Shown here one piece after another: positions 27,973 through 41,555 of a stretch of 64,000 nucleotides of DNA (position 1 is the stretch's first letter; every line of letters starts with the position of its first letter). Source of the stretch: Eledone cirrhosa (lineage: Eukaryota); the NCBI GenBank assembly GCA_964016885.1, contig CAXHJY010000340.1, positions 1-64,000 of the forward strand, given 5' to 3'. Under the pieces are notes generated by a model. That model was not told the origin of the DNA, ran no database searches, and saw only the letters and a program-made list of their open reading frames with translations. The translations under genes and the position numbers were made by a program.

Positions 27973-30725
27973 TACTACAACCACCACCAACTCTACCACC
28001 ACTGACACTACAACCACCACCAACTCTACCACCACTGACACTACAACCACCACCACCTCTACCACCACTGACACTACAACCACCACCACCACCTCTACCA
28101 CCACTGACACTACAACCACCACCACCAACTCTACCACCACTGACACTACAACTACCACCAACTCTACCACCACTGACACTACAACCACCACCACCACCTC
28201 TACCACCACTGACACTACAACCACCACCACCACATCTACCACCACTGACACTACAAGCACCACCAACTCTACCACCACTGACACTACAACCACCACCACC
28301 TCTACCACCTCTGACACTACAACTACCACCACCAACTCTACCACCACTGACAATACAACCACCACCAACTCTACCACCACTGACACTACAACTACCACCA
28401 GTGACACTACAACCACCACCACCAACTCTACCACCAATGACACTACAACCAACACCACCAACTCTACCACCACTGACACTACAACTACCACCAGTGACAC
28501 TACAACCACCACCACCAACTCTACCACCACTGACACTACAACTACCACCAGTGACACTACAACCACCACCACCAACTCTACCACAACTGACACTACAACT
28601 ACCACCAGTGACACTACAACCACCACCACCAACTCTACCACCACCGACACTACAACCACCACCACCAACTCTACCACCTCTGATACTACAACTACCACCA
28701 CCAACTCTACCACCACTGACACTACAACTACCACCACCAACTCTACCACCACTGTCACTACAACCACCACCACCACCAACTCTACCACCACCGACACTAC
28801 AACCACCACCACCAACTCTACCACCACTGACACTACAACTACCACCACCAACTCTACCACCACTGACACTACAACTACCACCACCAACTCTACCACCACT
28901 GTCACTACAACCACCACCACCAACTCTACCACCACTGACACTACAACTACCACCACCAACTCTACCACCACTGACACTACAACTACCACCACCAACTCTA
29001 CCACCACTGTCACTACAACCACCACCACCAACTCTACCACCACTGACACTACAACCACCACCACCAACTCTACCACCACCGACACTACAACCTCCACCAC
29101 CAACTCTACCACCACTTACACTACAACTACCACCACCAACTCTACCACCACTGACACTACAATCACCACCACCAAATCTACCACCACCGACACTACAACC
29201 ACCACCACCAACTCTACCACCACCGACACTACAACCACCACCACCAACTCTACCACCACTGACACTACAACCACCACCACCAACTCTACCACCACCGACA
29301 CTACAACCACCACCACCAACTCTACCACCACTGACACTACAACCACCACCACCAACTCTACCACCAGTGACACTACAACCACCACCACCAACTCTACCAC
29401 CACTGACACTACAACTACCACCAGTGACACTACAACCACCACCACCAACTCTACCACAACTGACACTACAACTACCACCAGTGACACTACAACCACCACC
29501 ACCAACTCTACCACCACCGACACTACAACCACCACCACCAACTCTACCACCTCTGATACTACAACTACCACCACCAACTCTACCACCACCGACACTACAA
29601 CCACCACCACCAACTCTACCACCACTGACACTACAACCACCACCACCAACTCTACCACCACCGACACTACAACCACCACCACCAACTCTACCACCACTGA
29701 CACTACAACTACCACCACCAACTCTACCACCACTGACACTACAATCACCACCACCAAATCTACCACCACCGACACTACAACCACCACCACCAACTCTACC
29801 ACCACCGACACTACAACCACCACCACCAGCTCTACCACCACCGACACTACAACCACCACCACCAACTCTACCACCACTGACACTACAACCACCACCACCA
29901 ACTCTACCACCACTGACACTACAACCACTACCACCAACTCTGCCACCACTGACACTACAACCACCACCACCAACTCTACCACCACCGACACTACAACCAC
30001 CACCACCAACTCTACCACCACTGACACTACAACCACTACCACCAACTCTGCCACCACTGACACTACAACCACCACCACCAACTCTACCACCACCGACACT
30101 ACAACCACCACCACCAACTCTACCACCACCGACACTACAAATACCACCACCAACTCTGCCACCACCGACACTACAACCACCACCACCAGCTCTACCACCA
30201 CCGACACTACAACCACCACCACCAACTCTACCACCACTGACACTACAACCACCACCACCAACTCTACCACCACCGACACTACAACCACCACCACCAACTC
30301 TACCACCTCTGACACTACAACTACCACCACCAACTCTACCACCACTGACACTACAACCACCACCACCAACTCTACCACCACTGATACTACAACAACCACC
30401 ACCAACTCTACCACAACCGACACTACAACCACCACCACCAACTCTACCACCAGTGACACTACAACCACCACCACCAACTCTACCACCACTGACACTACAA
30501 CCACCACCAACTCTACCACCACTGACACTACAACCACCACCACCAACTCTACCACCACTGACACTACAACCACCACCACCAACTCTACCACCACTGACAC
30601 TACAACTACCACCACCAACTCTACCAGCTCTGATACTACAACCACCACCACCAACTCTACCACCTCTGACACTACAACCACCACCACCAAATCTACCACC
30701 TCTGACACTACAACCAACACTGACA
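27973..30725. repeat. 36-bp (CCA-rich) minisatellite
   Basis: Unit CTGACACTACAACCACCACCACCAACTCTACCACCA with triplet-length variants. Confidence 0.95.
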
Positions 30726-30761
30726 ACAACAGCAAGAAAAAGAGCAACTACAATTTCATTA

Positions 30762-30948
30762 CCTATATATCTAAAACAGAGAATGTCTGTCTGTCTCTCT
30801 CTGTCTGTTTGTCCGATCACTAAAATGTCGCGAACCACCCAACCGATTGTTTTTAGACTTTATATATGTAATAATTATGGCCCTGTGACTGTTTTGAGGA
30901 GAAAATATTTCAAATGTTACATGGCCTAGGGACCGCATTAGGCGATTT
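30762..30948 (+). mobile_element. 5' fragment of a non-autonomous Helitron-like element
   Basis: CTATATAT start, (CTGT)n, AACCGATT, CCTAGGG.CCGCATTAGG motif shared with 35406-36036. Confidence 0.6.
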
Positions 30949-31059
30949 AGCAATCTCTCTCTATAATTCTTTGTCTTTCTCTTTTTAGATAGATACATAG
31001 ATATTACGTTGCACCCTTATAATATATGTCTGTATGCATTCCGACAATATGGCGCGGTG

Positions 31060-31143
<84 letters not shown>

Positions 31144-31250
31144 TATAACCAAAAGTTAAACAAGGTTCATTAATTAATCAAGGAATATAGTTTTACTGCC
31201 TAGACTGGAATTGAACCATCAGCACAGCTGAGATATGTCAGACATCAATT

Positions 31251-31316
31251 TATTTTATCTGATGAGGATGTACTGATGAAACAGCTCAGTACCTCTGAAA
31301 TATATATAATAAAATA
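31251..31316 (+). ncRNA. Type I hammerhead ribozyme motif
   Basis: TATTTTAT/ATAAAATA, CTGATGA (31259), stem II GGA.GTACTGA/TCAGTAC.TCT, GAAA, palindromic TATATA, then TA. Confidence 0.8.
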
Positions 31317-31960
31317 TATTTGATCACATGTATGTCTATATTTATTAATATTTTGAAGTAATATATATATATATATATATATATACAAATATAAATTCGC
31401 GAGAATCGTATTTCGGCTATTGGAAATTAGCGAAAAACACTACCGAGATGTGTAGCAAGCGCTCCATAGAAGCTACTGAACTAGAGCTACAACATAAGTT
31501 AAAAGGCCAATCACACTGAGACGATGGTTAAACCATTATCCGCACAGCCATAGAAACGACCAAGTAATTCGGGTCAAACAGATAAAATATGATAGAAAAA
31601 TTATACCCGGACTCATGGAAGGTTGGTAAAATATCCAGCATTTGGGTTTCTGCAACTCCTAAATCATGTACTGTCCGCTTAGGCAAATAATATTAAGCTT
31701 TTGGTAAGATGATTGAACAAGCAAGTCACTTTCTCAACAGGCTTTTAGTTCAAGTGCCAATTGAAGGACTGACCGTTATCAGAACCCACGTGGGGCTCGA
31801 CAAGGAGGCCAACCCTTAGTTTTAGCGGATGAATTCAGTATGTGTGTTATTATTGCAAAATTGCAAAAATCACAAAACGAATTAAGTTCTCAACAGAATG
31901 GTTTTAAAATTAACAAAAGTTATTCCTCAGTCAATAGAATTAACTAAAAAAATCAAGAAA

Positions 31961-32048
<88 letters not shown>

Positions 32049-32130
32049 TTCACAAGGAAGATTTTATTAAAAGATTGTCAACATATTTTAGTTTGATGTA
32101 AGGAATGTATTGAATAATAATATTAATAAT

Positions 32131-32317
32131 AATTGTTTCTACTTTAGGCACAAGGCCAGCAATTATCCAGTACATTACTGGTACTTTATTTTATCGACCC
32201 TTAAGGATGAAAGGCAAAGTCAACCTCGGCGGGATTTGAACTCAGATCGTAAAGAGACGTAACTATGCTGGAAAGCATGGCGTCCGACCCTCTACCGATA
32301 CTGTCAATTCACCGCCC
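32131..32317 (-). mobile_element. tRNA-derived SINE
   Basis: Full family match. Confidence 0.9.
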
Positions 32318-32689
32318 TAATAATAATAATGTCCGTTTACAATTGTTTCGCTACTCCATATAATATTTCTGGATAAGATGACTATATATCATAATTGATC
32401 TGGTTCAGTTGAAAATAATTAACATATTTAAAAGACATAGTGGCTCATCGGAACTTCAAATGAATATGAATTAAAAATGTTGCTTAACTAATGAATATTT
32501 CCAGCTCTGCGCACCTAACTTCTGCATGAACCCAGCCACCTAGCTGCTTTCTACTGCATATTGCACATTGAGCACATGCCTTTACGCTTTGGCTTCTAAC
32601 TAATTTACCACTCTCTCCTCTCATATCTCCATCTCTCTCTTTAAGATTGGTTACTCTTGAACTGTATATATATATATATATATATAGAT

Positions 32690-33126
32690 ATAGATAGGTA
32701 AATATACACGGGTGTGTATGATTGTGTATAGAAGATTATATTAATAAGAGGAATTCCAACTTTGTCTGATTTACTCGTTTTATTTACAATCCTTTAAAAT
32801 ATATATAATGGTATTATAATGAAATAGTATGATAGAATATTAAATTCTAAGTGTTAATTGAACAAGTACTTTCATGCTTTCGCAATCTTCAGGTTCATGA
32901 TATGTGGTGACAGTCGAGTTTGCAATTTTCAACTGCAGTTGAAAATTGCAAACTCGACTGTCACCACATATCATGAACCTGAAGATTGCGAAAGCATGAA
33001 AGTACTTGTTCAATTAGCACTTAGAATTTAATATTCTATCATACTATTTCATTATAATACCATTATATATATTTTAAAGGATTGTAAATAAAACGAGTAA
33101 ATCAGACAAAGTTGGAATTCCTCTTA

Positions 33127-33133
<7 letters not shown>
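32690..33133 (-). mobile_element. Solo pLTR foldback (family E): spacer-less ~396-bp palindrome 32738-33133 plus tail
   Basis: Centre AACTG|CAGTT at 32935/32936. Single-arm copy of the family at 40914-41145. Confidence 0.85.
32974..33012 (+). ncRNA. Minimal type I hammerhead motif (family E)
   Basis: TGAAC/GTTCA, CTGAAGA, TGC-GAAA-GCA stem II, GAAA, palindromic GTAC loop, then TT. Copies at 32859-32897(-) and 40942-40980(+). Confidence 0.8.
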
Positions 33134-33216
<83 letters not shown>

Positions 33217-33473
33217 GTGTGCAACGTTCTTCTAAATATTTACCTCCTGCGTTGATAGATTGATTTTTTTTAGTTTCAGATGATCCTGTTAAGGGTGAAA
33301 GCAGCAATTCTTTGCTTAAACTTTAATCAATTATTTTATTATATATATATGTATTATATATTCGTGTACAGATATGTTTGCTACACAATAACAAAATATA
33401 AACAAACATATTTATTTCACGAGGCTCGATATGGATAAATATATATCAAATATATAAGAACCCTAGAGCAAAT

Positions 33474-33501
33474 CCCGAGCAACGCCGGGCCATTCTGCTA
33501 G
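33474..33501 (+). mobile_element. Helitron 3' terminus fragment
   Basis: Hairpin CCCGAGCAACGCCGGG followed by CTAG and T. Confidence 0.55.
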
Positions 33502-33854
33502 TTATTAATACAATAATGGTAGCATCTGTTACGATACTAGGCCCAATATGGCCTCTCGCATGACATTTGCTAGCAAGAAACCATGACAGCATCAACAATC
33601 CAGCAACAACGTTTTCAGCAACGATGGTATATATACAGATAGCATTGATGCCGAACATGTGAGCTTCTATCTTGTATTTCTATATGCTAGAAATAGCAGC
33701 AAAATCTCCCTAAATCTGATTCATTTGGCTTAAAAGCGGAAGAGCAAGGACACGTTCTTCGTGTAAAATATAGATGACATATTTCTATATATGTATGGTC
33801 CCGTGACCCCTGATAAGTCGTAGGGGTGCCGTGACGTGCAGCGATTATTGATCA

Positions 33855-34272
33855 TTTAAAGCCTGGTGGAGTCTATATCCTCTCCAGGCCTTAGTACAGC
33901 AGATTTCTTCTAGAGAAAGATAGAAAGTGAAAGAAAGAGGAAATGAAAAAGAAATGTAGAGGAAAAATCAACCCCAGGACTAGACTGGTACTTTTTAAAT
34001 CCTGGTGGAGTTTATCTCCTCTCCAGGCCTTAGTACAGCAGATTTCTTCTAGAGAAAGATAGAAAGTGAAAGAAAGAGGAAATGAGAAAGAAATATAGAG
34101 GACAAATCAACCCCAGTACTAGACTGGTACTTTTTAAAGCCTGATGGAGTCTATCTCCTCTCCAGGCCTTAGTACAGCAGATTTCTTCTAGAGAAAGATA
34201 GAAAGTGAAAGAAAGAGGAAATGAGAAAGAAATATAGAGGAAAAATCAATCCATATACTAGGCTGGTACTTT
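33855..34272. repeat. Triplicated 139-bp unit overlapping the 3' part of a diverged SINE (~34225-34392, -)
   Basis: Units start at ~33855, 33994, 34133; the last unit runs into the Nin-like core ACTGGTACTTT..TATCGAC. Confidence 0.85.
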
Positions 34273-34471
34273 TTTTATCGACATCGAAACGATGAAAGGC
34301 AAGGTTGATCTATCTGAGAGAGAGCGGAGAGCCGGAACGATACCATAAAGCATTCTATCCGACGGCCTAACGATTCTGCCAATTTGTCACCTATTTCTTT
34401 GTATAACAAATAACAAAATAAAATATACATTAAATGTTTCTCATGAGTAGTCCAGTAGAAGTTATTCCTAT

Positions 34472-34552
34472 TTAAAATACATTATGTAACTTAAAATACA
34501 TTATGTAACTTAAAATACATTATGTAACTTAAAATAGATTATGTAACTTAAA
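34472..34552. repeat. 19-bp tandem repeat x4
   Basis: TTAAAATACATTATGTAAC. Confidence 0.9.
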
Positions 34553-34570
34553 AAATATTTAAGGAAATAA

Positions 34571-34756
34571 TTGATTCTACTTTAGGCACAAGGCCAAAAA
34601 TTAACCAGTGCATTACTGGTACTTTCTTTTATCGACCCCGTAGGGATGAAAGGCAAAGTCAACCTCGGCAGGATTTGAACTCAGATCGTAAATGGACGTA
34701 ACTATGCTGGAAAGCATAGCGTCCGACCCTCTACCGATACTGCCAATCCACCGCCC
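34571..34756 (-). mobile_element. tRNA-derived SINE
   Basis: Family match. Confidence 0.9.
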
Positions 34757-34852
34757 TTATAATGGCCGCACCTATATTTCCTTTGCCCACGATTCAGAGC
34801 TGGACAAATCCACAATGAAATAAGGTAGTCAATATATATATATATATATATA

Positions 34853-35153
34853 TTTAAAATGCAACCATTATTTTTGGAAGCCATCTGGATGGCTTCCAAA
34901 AATAATGGTTGCATTTTAAAAGGGTACGTCAAAGCTTATTTGTAAAACTGTTATATATTGTATTTTGTCTGATGAAGGCATACCATAATTTAATTTGGTA
35001 TCCCTGAAATATATATAATGAAATAAATATGGTTTTATAAATATAGTTTCCATTTATTAATATCGTATATCTACTCCAAATACTTGTCGAGTGCTTTATA
35101 TCAGTTATAAAAATATTTACTTGTTGTATGCCAACAATTTTAAATAGAACTTT

Positions 35154-35158
<5 letters not shown>
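34853..35158 (+). mobile_element. Solo family-B pLTR with a 5' 68-bp hairpin and HHR (34961-35025)
   Basis: Palindrome 34853-34920, then homology to 6870-7125. Confidence 0.85.
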
Positions 35159-35213
<55 letters not shown>

Positions 35214-35405
35214 ATACAGAGGTATTTCATATAGAAATTACTTCTACCAGTCTAGAACCCCCCCCCCCTCCACACACACACTCACTCACACACCCACCCA
35301 TTCACTCAACGATAGAAACACCATTTGTAATGCAACACACCAGTCTCTATGAGGAGTCACATGACCAAACTTACGGTACATACTGTTATAATGGTGTGAC
35401 ACACA

Positions 35406-36036
35406 TCTATATATATATATATATAATGAGGATGTGTGTGTGTGTGTGTGTGTGACTTTGAATCCCTAAAACTCGAAAAGTACCGAACCGATTTTTTGCA
35501 AACTTTACATGTGTGTTACTTACGTCTCAGGGAGTGTTATGCACAAAAAAAATCACTTGTTGATCCCCTAGGGCCCGCATTAGTTGAAAAACTGCGTTTT
35601 TTTCAGCTTTTTAGGGGTTTTTTGAGGCGTTACGTCAGACCGATTTCCTTGAAATTGTAACTATGTATTAGGTATTCTCTTCTTCATACAGTGAGCAAAG
35701 AAAATCCAACTTGTTTATGGCCTAGGGCCCGCATTAGGTGAAAAACTTCATTTTTTTCACTTTTTTAGCTGATTCTAGCTGATTTTCCGGAAATTTCAAG
35801 GCATATCATGCACATAAAAAAAATTCATTTTCTTGATCCCCTAGGGCCCGCATTAGGTGAAAACCTGCATATTTCCTGCTTTATCGAGGAAAATCTTAAA
35901 GATTATCCAGCCATCAAAGTATTCGGTTTATTTTCTTTACATATTTTCCAGGCATGCAGTTTTTCCACGATAAGGTCTTTTGGCGAACCGCGTTCCAAAA
36001 TACCTTATCTTGTGCAACGCCGGGTACCACTGCTAG
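35406..36036 (+). mobile_element. Non-autonomous Helitron-like element
   Basis: 5' TC after A, 3' CTAG before T, decayed subterminal hairpin (..TGCAACGCCGGG), (TG)n near the 5' end, internal CCTAGGGCCCGCATTAG x3. Confidence 0.75.
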
Positions 36037-36162
36037 TATTTTATATATCTGAATGAAACGAGGGTAAAACCCAAGGTATTCACCAGGTCTCAATCCGAAC
36101 TAACAACGAGAGATTACAACGAGACAGTTCACTTGAGTTCTTATTTATTGAGTTTCGCTTAA

Positions 36163-36376
36163 GGCGGTGGATTGATAGTATCGGTAGAGAGTCAGACACC
36201 ATGCTTTCCAGCATAGAGTTGCAGCCCTTTATGGTCTGAGTTCAAATCTCGCCGAGGTTAACTGTGCCTTTCATCCTTACGGGGTCGATAAAATAAAGCA
36301 CCAGTAACGTACTGGGTTCGATATAATCGACTTTCCCCTTCCCCAAAATTACTGGTCTTGTGCCTATACTAGAAAT
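36163..36376 (+). mobile_element. tRNA-derived SINE (longer subfamily)
   Basis: Boxes A/B, Nin-like core, extra GGGTTCGATATAATCGACT segment. Confidence 0.85.
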
Positions 36377-37063
36377 CATGTATAGCTTCGCCTAGTCCAC
36401 TTTTAGTCATGCGTTGTTATTCAGAGTTTTTCCCCCACAACACATACATACTGCATCCATATTAGATCTAAACAGAAGTACATATCCCATTCCCACCATT
36501 AGAATCAACTTCATGTAAAAGTCTTGGAAAACAAAATTTCAAAGTTTTACTCGCAGAATTATTGTTTATATTTTCAGTGGTTAAACCAACAATTCAAAAT
36601 ATAATTTGTTTCTTTCTGTTTATCTTCTTCAACGTCATAAAACAACGGCAAAACAACACAGTATGGCATTAATTACTTTTATGAGTCTATGAGGAATAGA
36701 TCAGCTATGTGGAGGATAACAAGAGATATTCATAACTCATAGAAAAAAATATATACAATCATTTAAAAAAATGCAAACTACAAACAAACTAAGAAAGAAA
36801 AAAGTACGCCAATTATACAACATCTTCCATGTTTTCTAATGACAATCTAGAATAATTTGTCATAAATTATTATAGTATATATTATTATATTTATTATTAT
36901 ATTTTCTTTTACCAAACACAAACATCCATAAATGATTGCAGTTCCAGAATCTAGTTCTCTTTTTTTTCCGTCGTTTCTCACTGATGCCAAGTAATTTCTT
37001 AACACGCAATAGTCATAACGTGTGTGTGTGTGTGTGTGTGTGTGTACACACATATATTGTATC

Positions 37064-37170
37064 TGAGTGGTTTGAGAAATGGATTCCCAATCTTGAGGTT
37101 GTGAGTTCGAATCCCGGACCGGGCGATGCGTTATGTCCTTGAGCAAGACACTTTATTTCATATTGCTCCT
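37064..37170 (+). mobile_element. Diverged tRNA-head SINE of another family
   Basis: GAGTGGTT..GAGTTCGAATCCC followed by TGTCCTTGAGCAAGACACTTTA. Confidence 0.6.
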
Positions 37171-37339
37171 TCCGTGTATATATGTAAAATGTGTATATAT
37201 GTAAAAGGTAAACATAAATAACACAATCGGTACACTATAAGGAAATAATATATTAGGTTAACGCTTGAAATAACAGGGAGAGGGTCGTAATATATATATA
37301 AAGCGGACGTAAAATGAAATGAATATATATATGTATATA

Positions 37340-37391
<52 letters not shown>

Positions 37392-37446
37392 TATATTCAT
37401 TTCATTTCAGATGTGAGAAAAACCACAGACCCTTCATCTCAACTCA

Positions 37447-37484
37447 CCTTTTGAAAAGCAGAAGAACTGCGAAACCGGTAAAGG
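37447..37484 (+). ncRNA. Minimal hammerhead motif with U3-A8 core
   Basis: CCTT/AAGG, core TTGAAAA, GCAG-aagaa-CTGC, GAAA, palindromic CCGG, then TA. Confidence 0.75.
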
Positions 37485-37725
37485 AACCAAATAAATATAT
37501 ATATTTAAAAAAAAAATAAGACACCAGTTGCATTTTCGATTTCATCTCTTTTTCTTTATATATATATATATATATATATATATTCATTTCATTTTACGTC
37601 CGCTTTTCCCTGCTTGCAAGGGTGGGACGGGAACTGATTCTGGCTTCAATATATATATATTATATATACACGTATATATGAATATATATATCTACACGTA
37701 CACGTAATTCTGTGTATGTAATATA

Positions 37726-37902
37726 TTGTTTCTACTTTAGGCACAAGGCCAGCAATTACCCAGTGCGTTACTGGTACTTTATTTTATCGACCCCGTAAGG
37801 ATGAAAGGCAAAGTCAACCTCGACGGGATTTGAACTCAGATTGTAAAGGGACGTAACTATGCTGGAAAGCATGGCGTCCGACCCTCTACCGATACTGCCA
37901 AT
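37726..37902 (-). mobile_element. tRNA-derived SINE
   Basis: Family match. Confidence 0.9.
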
Positions 37903-38727
37903 ATATTGAGAGAGAGATATGTATGTCTTTTTCTTTCTTTTCCCTTGGAGTTACACGAATGACTTAAGAGCCCAGAGTCGCCTTCTGCTTGAAATGGAAT
38001 AGTTAAGCTCTCAGCTTGCCATCTCTACAACCAATCACCGCTGTCTACTGTATTGCTGGCTGAACTTCTTTCAATTACGTAGGCATTCTGGTCCTTCTTG
38101 ATCAAATGAAAATCTTCACCCAACTTATATTATCCAAGTGAAGATTTATAGAGGTTTTCTTGTTGATATTTATCTTATTGAGCGTTCAGACAGACAAACC
38201 CTAGCGTCTAAATTATTGTTTAAACTCGAAATTGACTAACCTAACATAGCTTTTGTCCTTGTAACTGATATATACATTTTTCATAATTTACGAGATTCCA
38301 CCGAGAAGAAATGATGTGATATCAATATCAGTGTTCAAAGCACGAATAACATCATTTAACAGCAATAACCCACGTCCATTCTTTTTATTGTTTTAATGGT
38401 TTCATTTCACGGGAGAGCGGCTATCGACTTGAAGGGCTTTAATCGACTATATTGACCTCAGTCACGTGTTAATACTTGTTTCATAGATCTTGGAGGAGGA
38501 CAAATGACAAAATCGACGGGGTGTAAGGAGACCAAACGGATCGAAGTAACGATTTATTGCTGGGCCTTTCAAATATACTAACACACACACACATATTCAC
38601 ACTCAGACACACACGTATTCACACACACACACATATTCACACTCAGACATACAAGTATTCACACACACACACACATTCACACACAGACACACACGTATTC
38701 ACACACATACATACATTTGTATCTATG

Positions 38728-38763
<36 letters not shown>

Positions 38764-39037
38764 TACACATTTATCCTAGACGTTGGTTGTTGAGCGCACA
38801 GCTTACATATATACATACACACACACATGTACACACACACACATATATATATTTATATATAGGGTGTCCCACAAATATATATACACACGTTGATTAGAAT
38901 CCTATTGAATTGTGTATACATTTTTTAGGACGCCCTTTATATGTATATGTATATATTCCAATACATAAATACATTTATACACACACACACGCACACGCAC
39001 ACACACATACACATATATTGTCTTGGTTGCCCTTGAA

Positions 39038-39068
<31 letters not shown>

Positions 39069-39076
39069 TATATATA

Positions 39077-39270
39077 TAACGAAGGAGGTATGGTAGGTAA
39101 GGAACCAAATGGACCATAACGCACAAGAGTAGTCAATACTTTGGGTAGTAGATTGGGTAATAGGAAAATGTTTAACCCCGACGACAGAGCTCAAGTCGCC
39201 TCGACGGCTATTTCTGTCCAGAAATAGCCGTCGAAACGGCTTCAGCTCTGCCGTCGGGGTTAAACATTTT

Positions 39271-39275
<5 letters not shown>
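39077..39275 (-). mobile_element. Family-A pLTR tail with palindrome 39160-39275 (3' half of the HHR)
   Basis: Homologous to 12706-12842; centre TTTCTG-TC-CAGAAA. Confidence 0.8.
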
Positions 39276-39331
<56 letters not shown>

Positions 39332-39873
39332 CGTTTCTGAATTTGTTTAGCAAGATTCTTTATCTGAAATCGTGTGTTGAAACCGATATTGTTATACTTT
39401 GGGAGGGTCATGTTGAAGAAACACACGCACCAGTTGCTTTCACTTCAATTTATTATATATTTATAAATTTACAAACTTATAAATTTCTGGTTGGTTGGTT
39501 GGTTCCACAACCAGATAGTTGTTTATATATAGTCATAGTCCTTTCGTCACACACTCTGTGATCTCTTCAGTGACTGGGGATTCCTTTCTTCGTTTCTGTG
39601 CCTTTCCTTTCTTCTATCCTACGCCATTTTGTTTCTGTGTGTGTGTTGTGTGCTCAGTTTGCGCATGCGCCACATCCGGGTGTCTGTGTGTGTTTGTGTT
39701 CATTTATCTATTTGTTTATTTATTTATTTATTTATTGTTGGTTGGTTGTTTGTTCTATGTGTGTGTGTGCTTTCATTTTGTCCTGTGTGTGTTTTCATGT
39801 TGTGTGTGTTTTCATTTTGTCCTTAATTGTAAGTTGTTTGTTCTATGTGTGTGTGTGTGTTTTCATTTTGTCC

Positions 39874-40452
39874 TTAATTGTAAGTTGTGATGTTGCTGTT
39901 CCACTCATATTTTCTATTTAATTTTGGTTTTAATTCTTTTATGCTTACTGCCTCTGTAATTTGCCTAAACATTGCGTCTTTTCTGTGTGTGGATTCTATT
40001 TTAATTTCTATGCTCTCTAATCTACCCCTGTGTTCTATCTTAGCATGTTGGTAGAGCACAGATGATTCTTTATTATCTTGGAGGTCTCGCCAGTGTTCAT
40101 TTACTCGTTCCCCTATACTACGAGCTGTCTCACCTATGTACACTATATTTTTGTTTCTACATTGTCCTTCAGTACATCTTATGCTATACACTACATTTCT
40201 AGTTTTACAGTTAATATGGGGGCTTATTTTACAGGTTATACATTTCTTATCTATACATGAGGGTCTTTGGAACGGGTATGTCTTGCTAATAAGTGTTTTT
40301 ACGGAGGTACCAGGTCTTTCTACTATCTTAATATTGAGATTATGTTTATTTAGGGCCCTTCTAAATTTGTAGGCTAGTTCGCCTCTAGGGGTTGTATTGA
40401 TGAACATTACACTCTGGTATTTATTGCTATCATACCATGAGTTTATTCTATT
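39874..40452 (-). pseudogene. PLE C-terminal linker + GIY-YIG endonuclease fragment
   Basis: KIVERPG..C..KCITC..CKTRNVVYSIRC..C..YIGETARSIGERVNEH..LYQHAKIEH..RQITEAVSI..LNRKYEW. Confidence 0.88.
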
Positions 40453-40558
40453 GGCCGGATGTGGCGCATGCGCAAACTGAGCACACAACACACACACAGA
40501 AACAAATTGGCGTAGGATAGAAGAAAGGAAAGGCACAGAAACGAAGAAAGGAATCGCC

Positions 40559-40603
40559 AGTCACTGAAGAGGTCACAGAGTGTGTGACGAAAGGACTATG
40601 GCT
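40559..40603 (+). ncRNA. Minimal hammerhead motif (family G)
   Basis: AGTCA/TG(G/A)CT, CTGAAGA, GTCACA/TGTGAC, GAAA, GGAC loop, then TA. Element-sense copy at 39531-39575 (-). Confidence 0.75.
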
Positions 40604-41136
40604 ATATATAAACAAATATCTGGTTGTGGAACCAACCAACCAACCAGAAATTTATAAGTTTGTAGATTTGTAAATTTATAAATTTATAAATATATAATAA
40701 ATTGAAGTGAAAGCGACTGGTGCGTGTGTTTCTTATTGGCAACATGACCCTCCCAAAGTATAACAATATATATATATATATATATATATATTTATCGTTT
40801 CTGAATTTGTTTAGCAAGATTCTTTATCTGAAAATGTGTGTTGAAACCGATATTGTTATACTTTGGGACGGTTCTTATTGGCTACATGACCCTCCCAAAG
40901 TATAACAATATATTTGCAAACTTGACTGTCGCTACACATTATGAACCTGAAGATTGCGAAAGCATGAAAGTACTTCTTCAATTAACACTTAACATTTAAT
41001 ATTCTACCATACTATTTCATTCTAATACCATTATAAATATTAAAGGATTGTAAATAAAACGAGTAAATCAAACAAAGTTGCAATTCCTTTTATTATTATA
41101 ATCTTCTATACACAATCATACACACCCGTGTATATT

Positions 41137-41168
<32 letters not shown>

Positions 41169-41195
41169 AATATAAATATATATAAATATATATAA

Positions 41196-41250
<55 letters not shown>

Positions 41251-41306
41251 AATATATATATATATAAATATAAATATATAAATATATATATATATATAAA
41301 TATATA

Positions 41307-41340
<34 letters not shown>

Positions 41341-41555
41341 TATAAATATATATATATATAAATATATATATAAATATATCCTTTCGTGGATCGTAGTTGT
41401 CTCCCCTTCCCGCTTCGTGTCGCTATGATACTTCCTCAGTCAAGAACTGCTGGAATTTCAAATTTGGCGGTCATTTGATGCGAGAAGGAGCAACTTAATA
41501 GACACGATTTTTGACTGCGGTAAGAATGTATTTCTTATATCAAAGTTTAATGGGC

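Larger units (their letters stand above)
39331..40770 (-). mobile_element. 5'-truncated PLE (family G) with inverted pLTR
   Basis: ~39385-39680 is inverted at ~40455-40770, enclosing a GIY-YIG coding segment. Confidence 0.85.

Noticed and set aside
27907-30929. 842-aa Pro-rich (extensin-like), 967-aa Gly-rich and Val-rich ORFs
   Set aside because: By-products of a 36-bp triplet-based minisatellite, with no unique domains or signal peptide.
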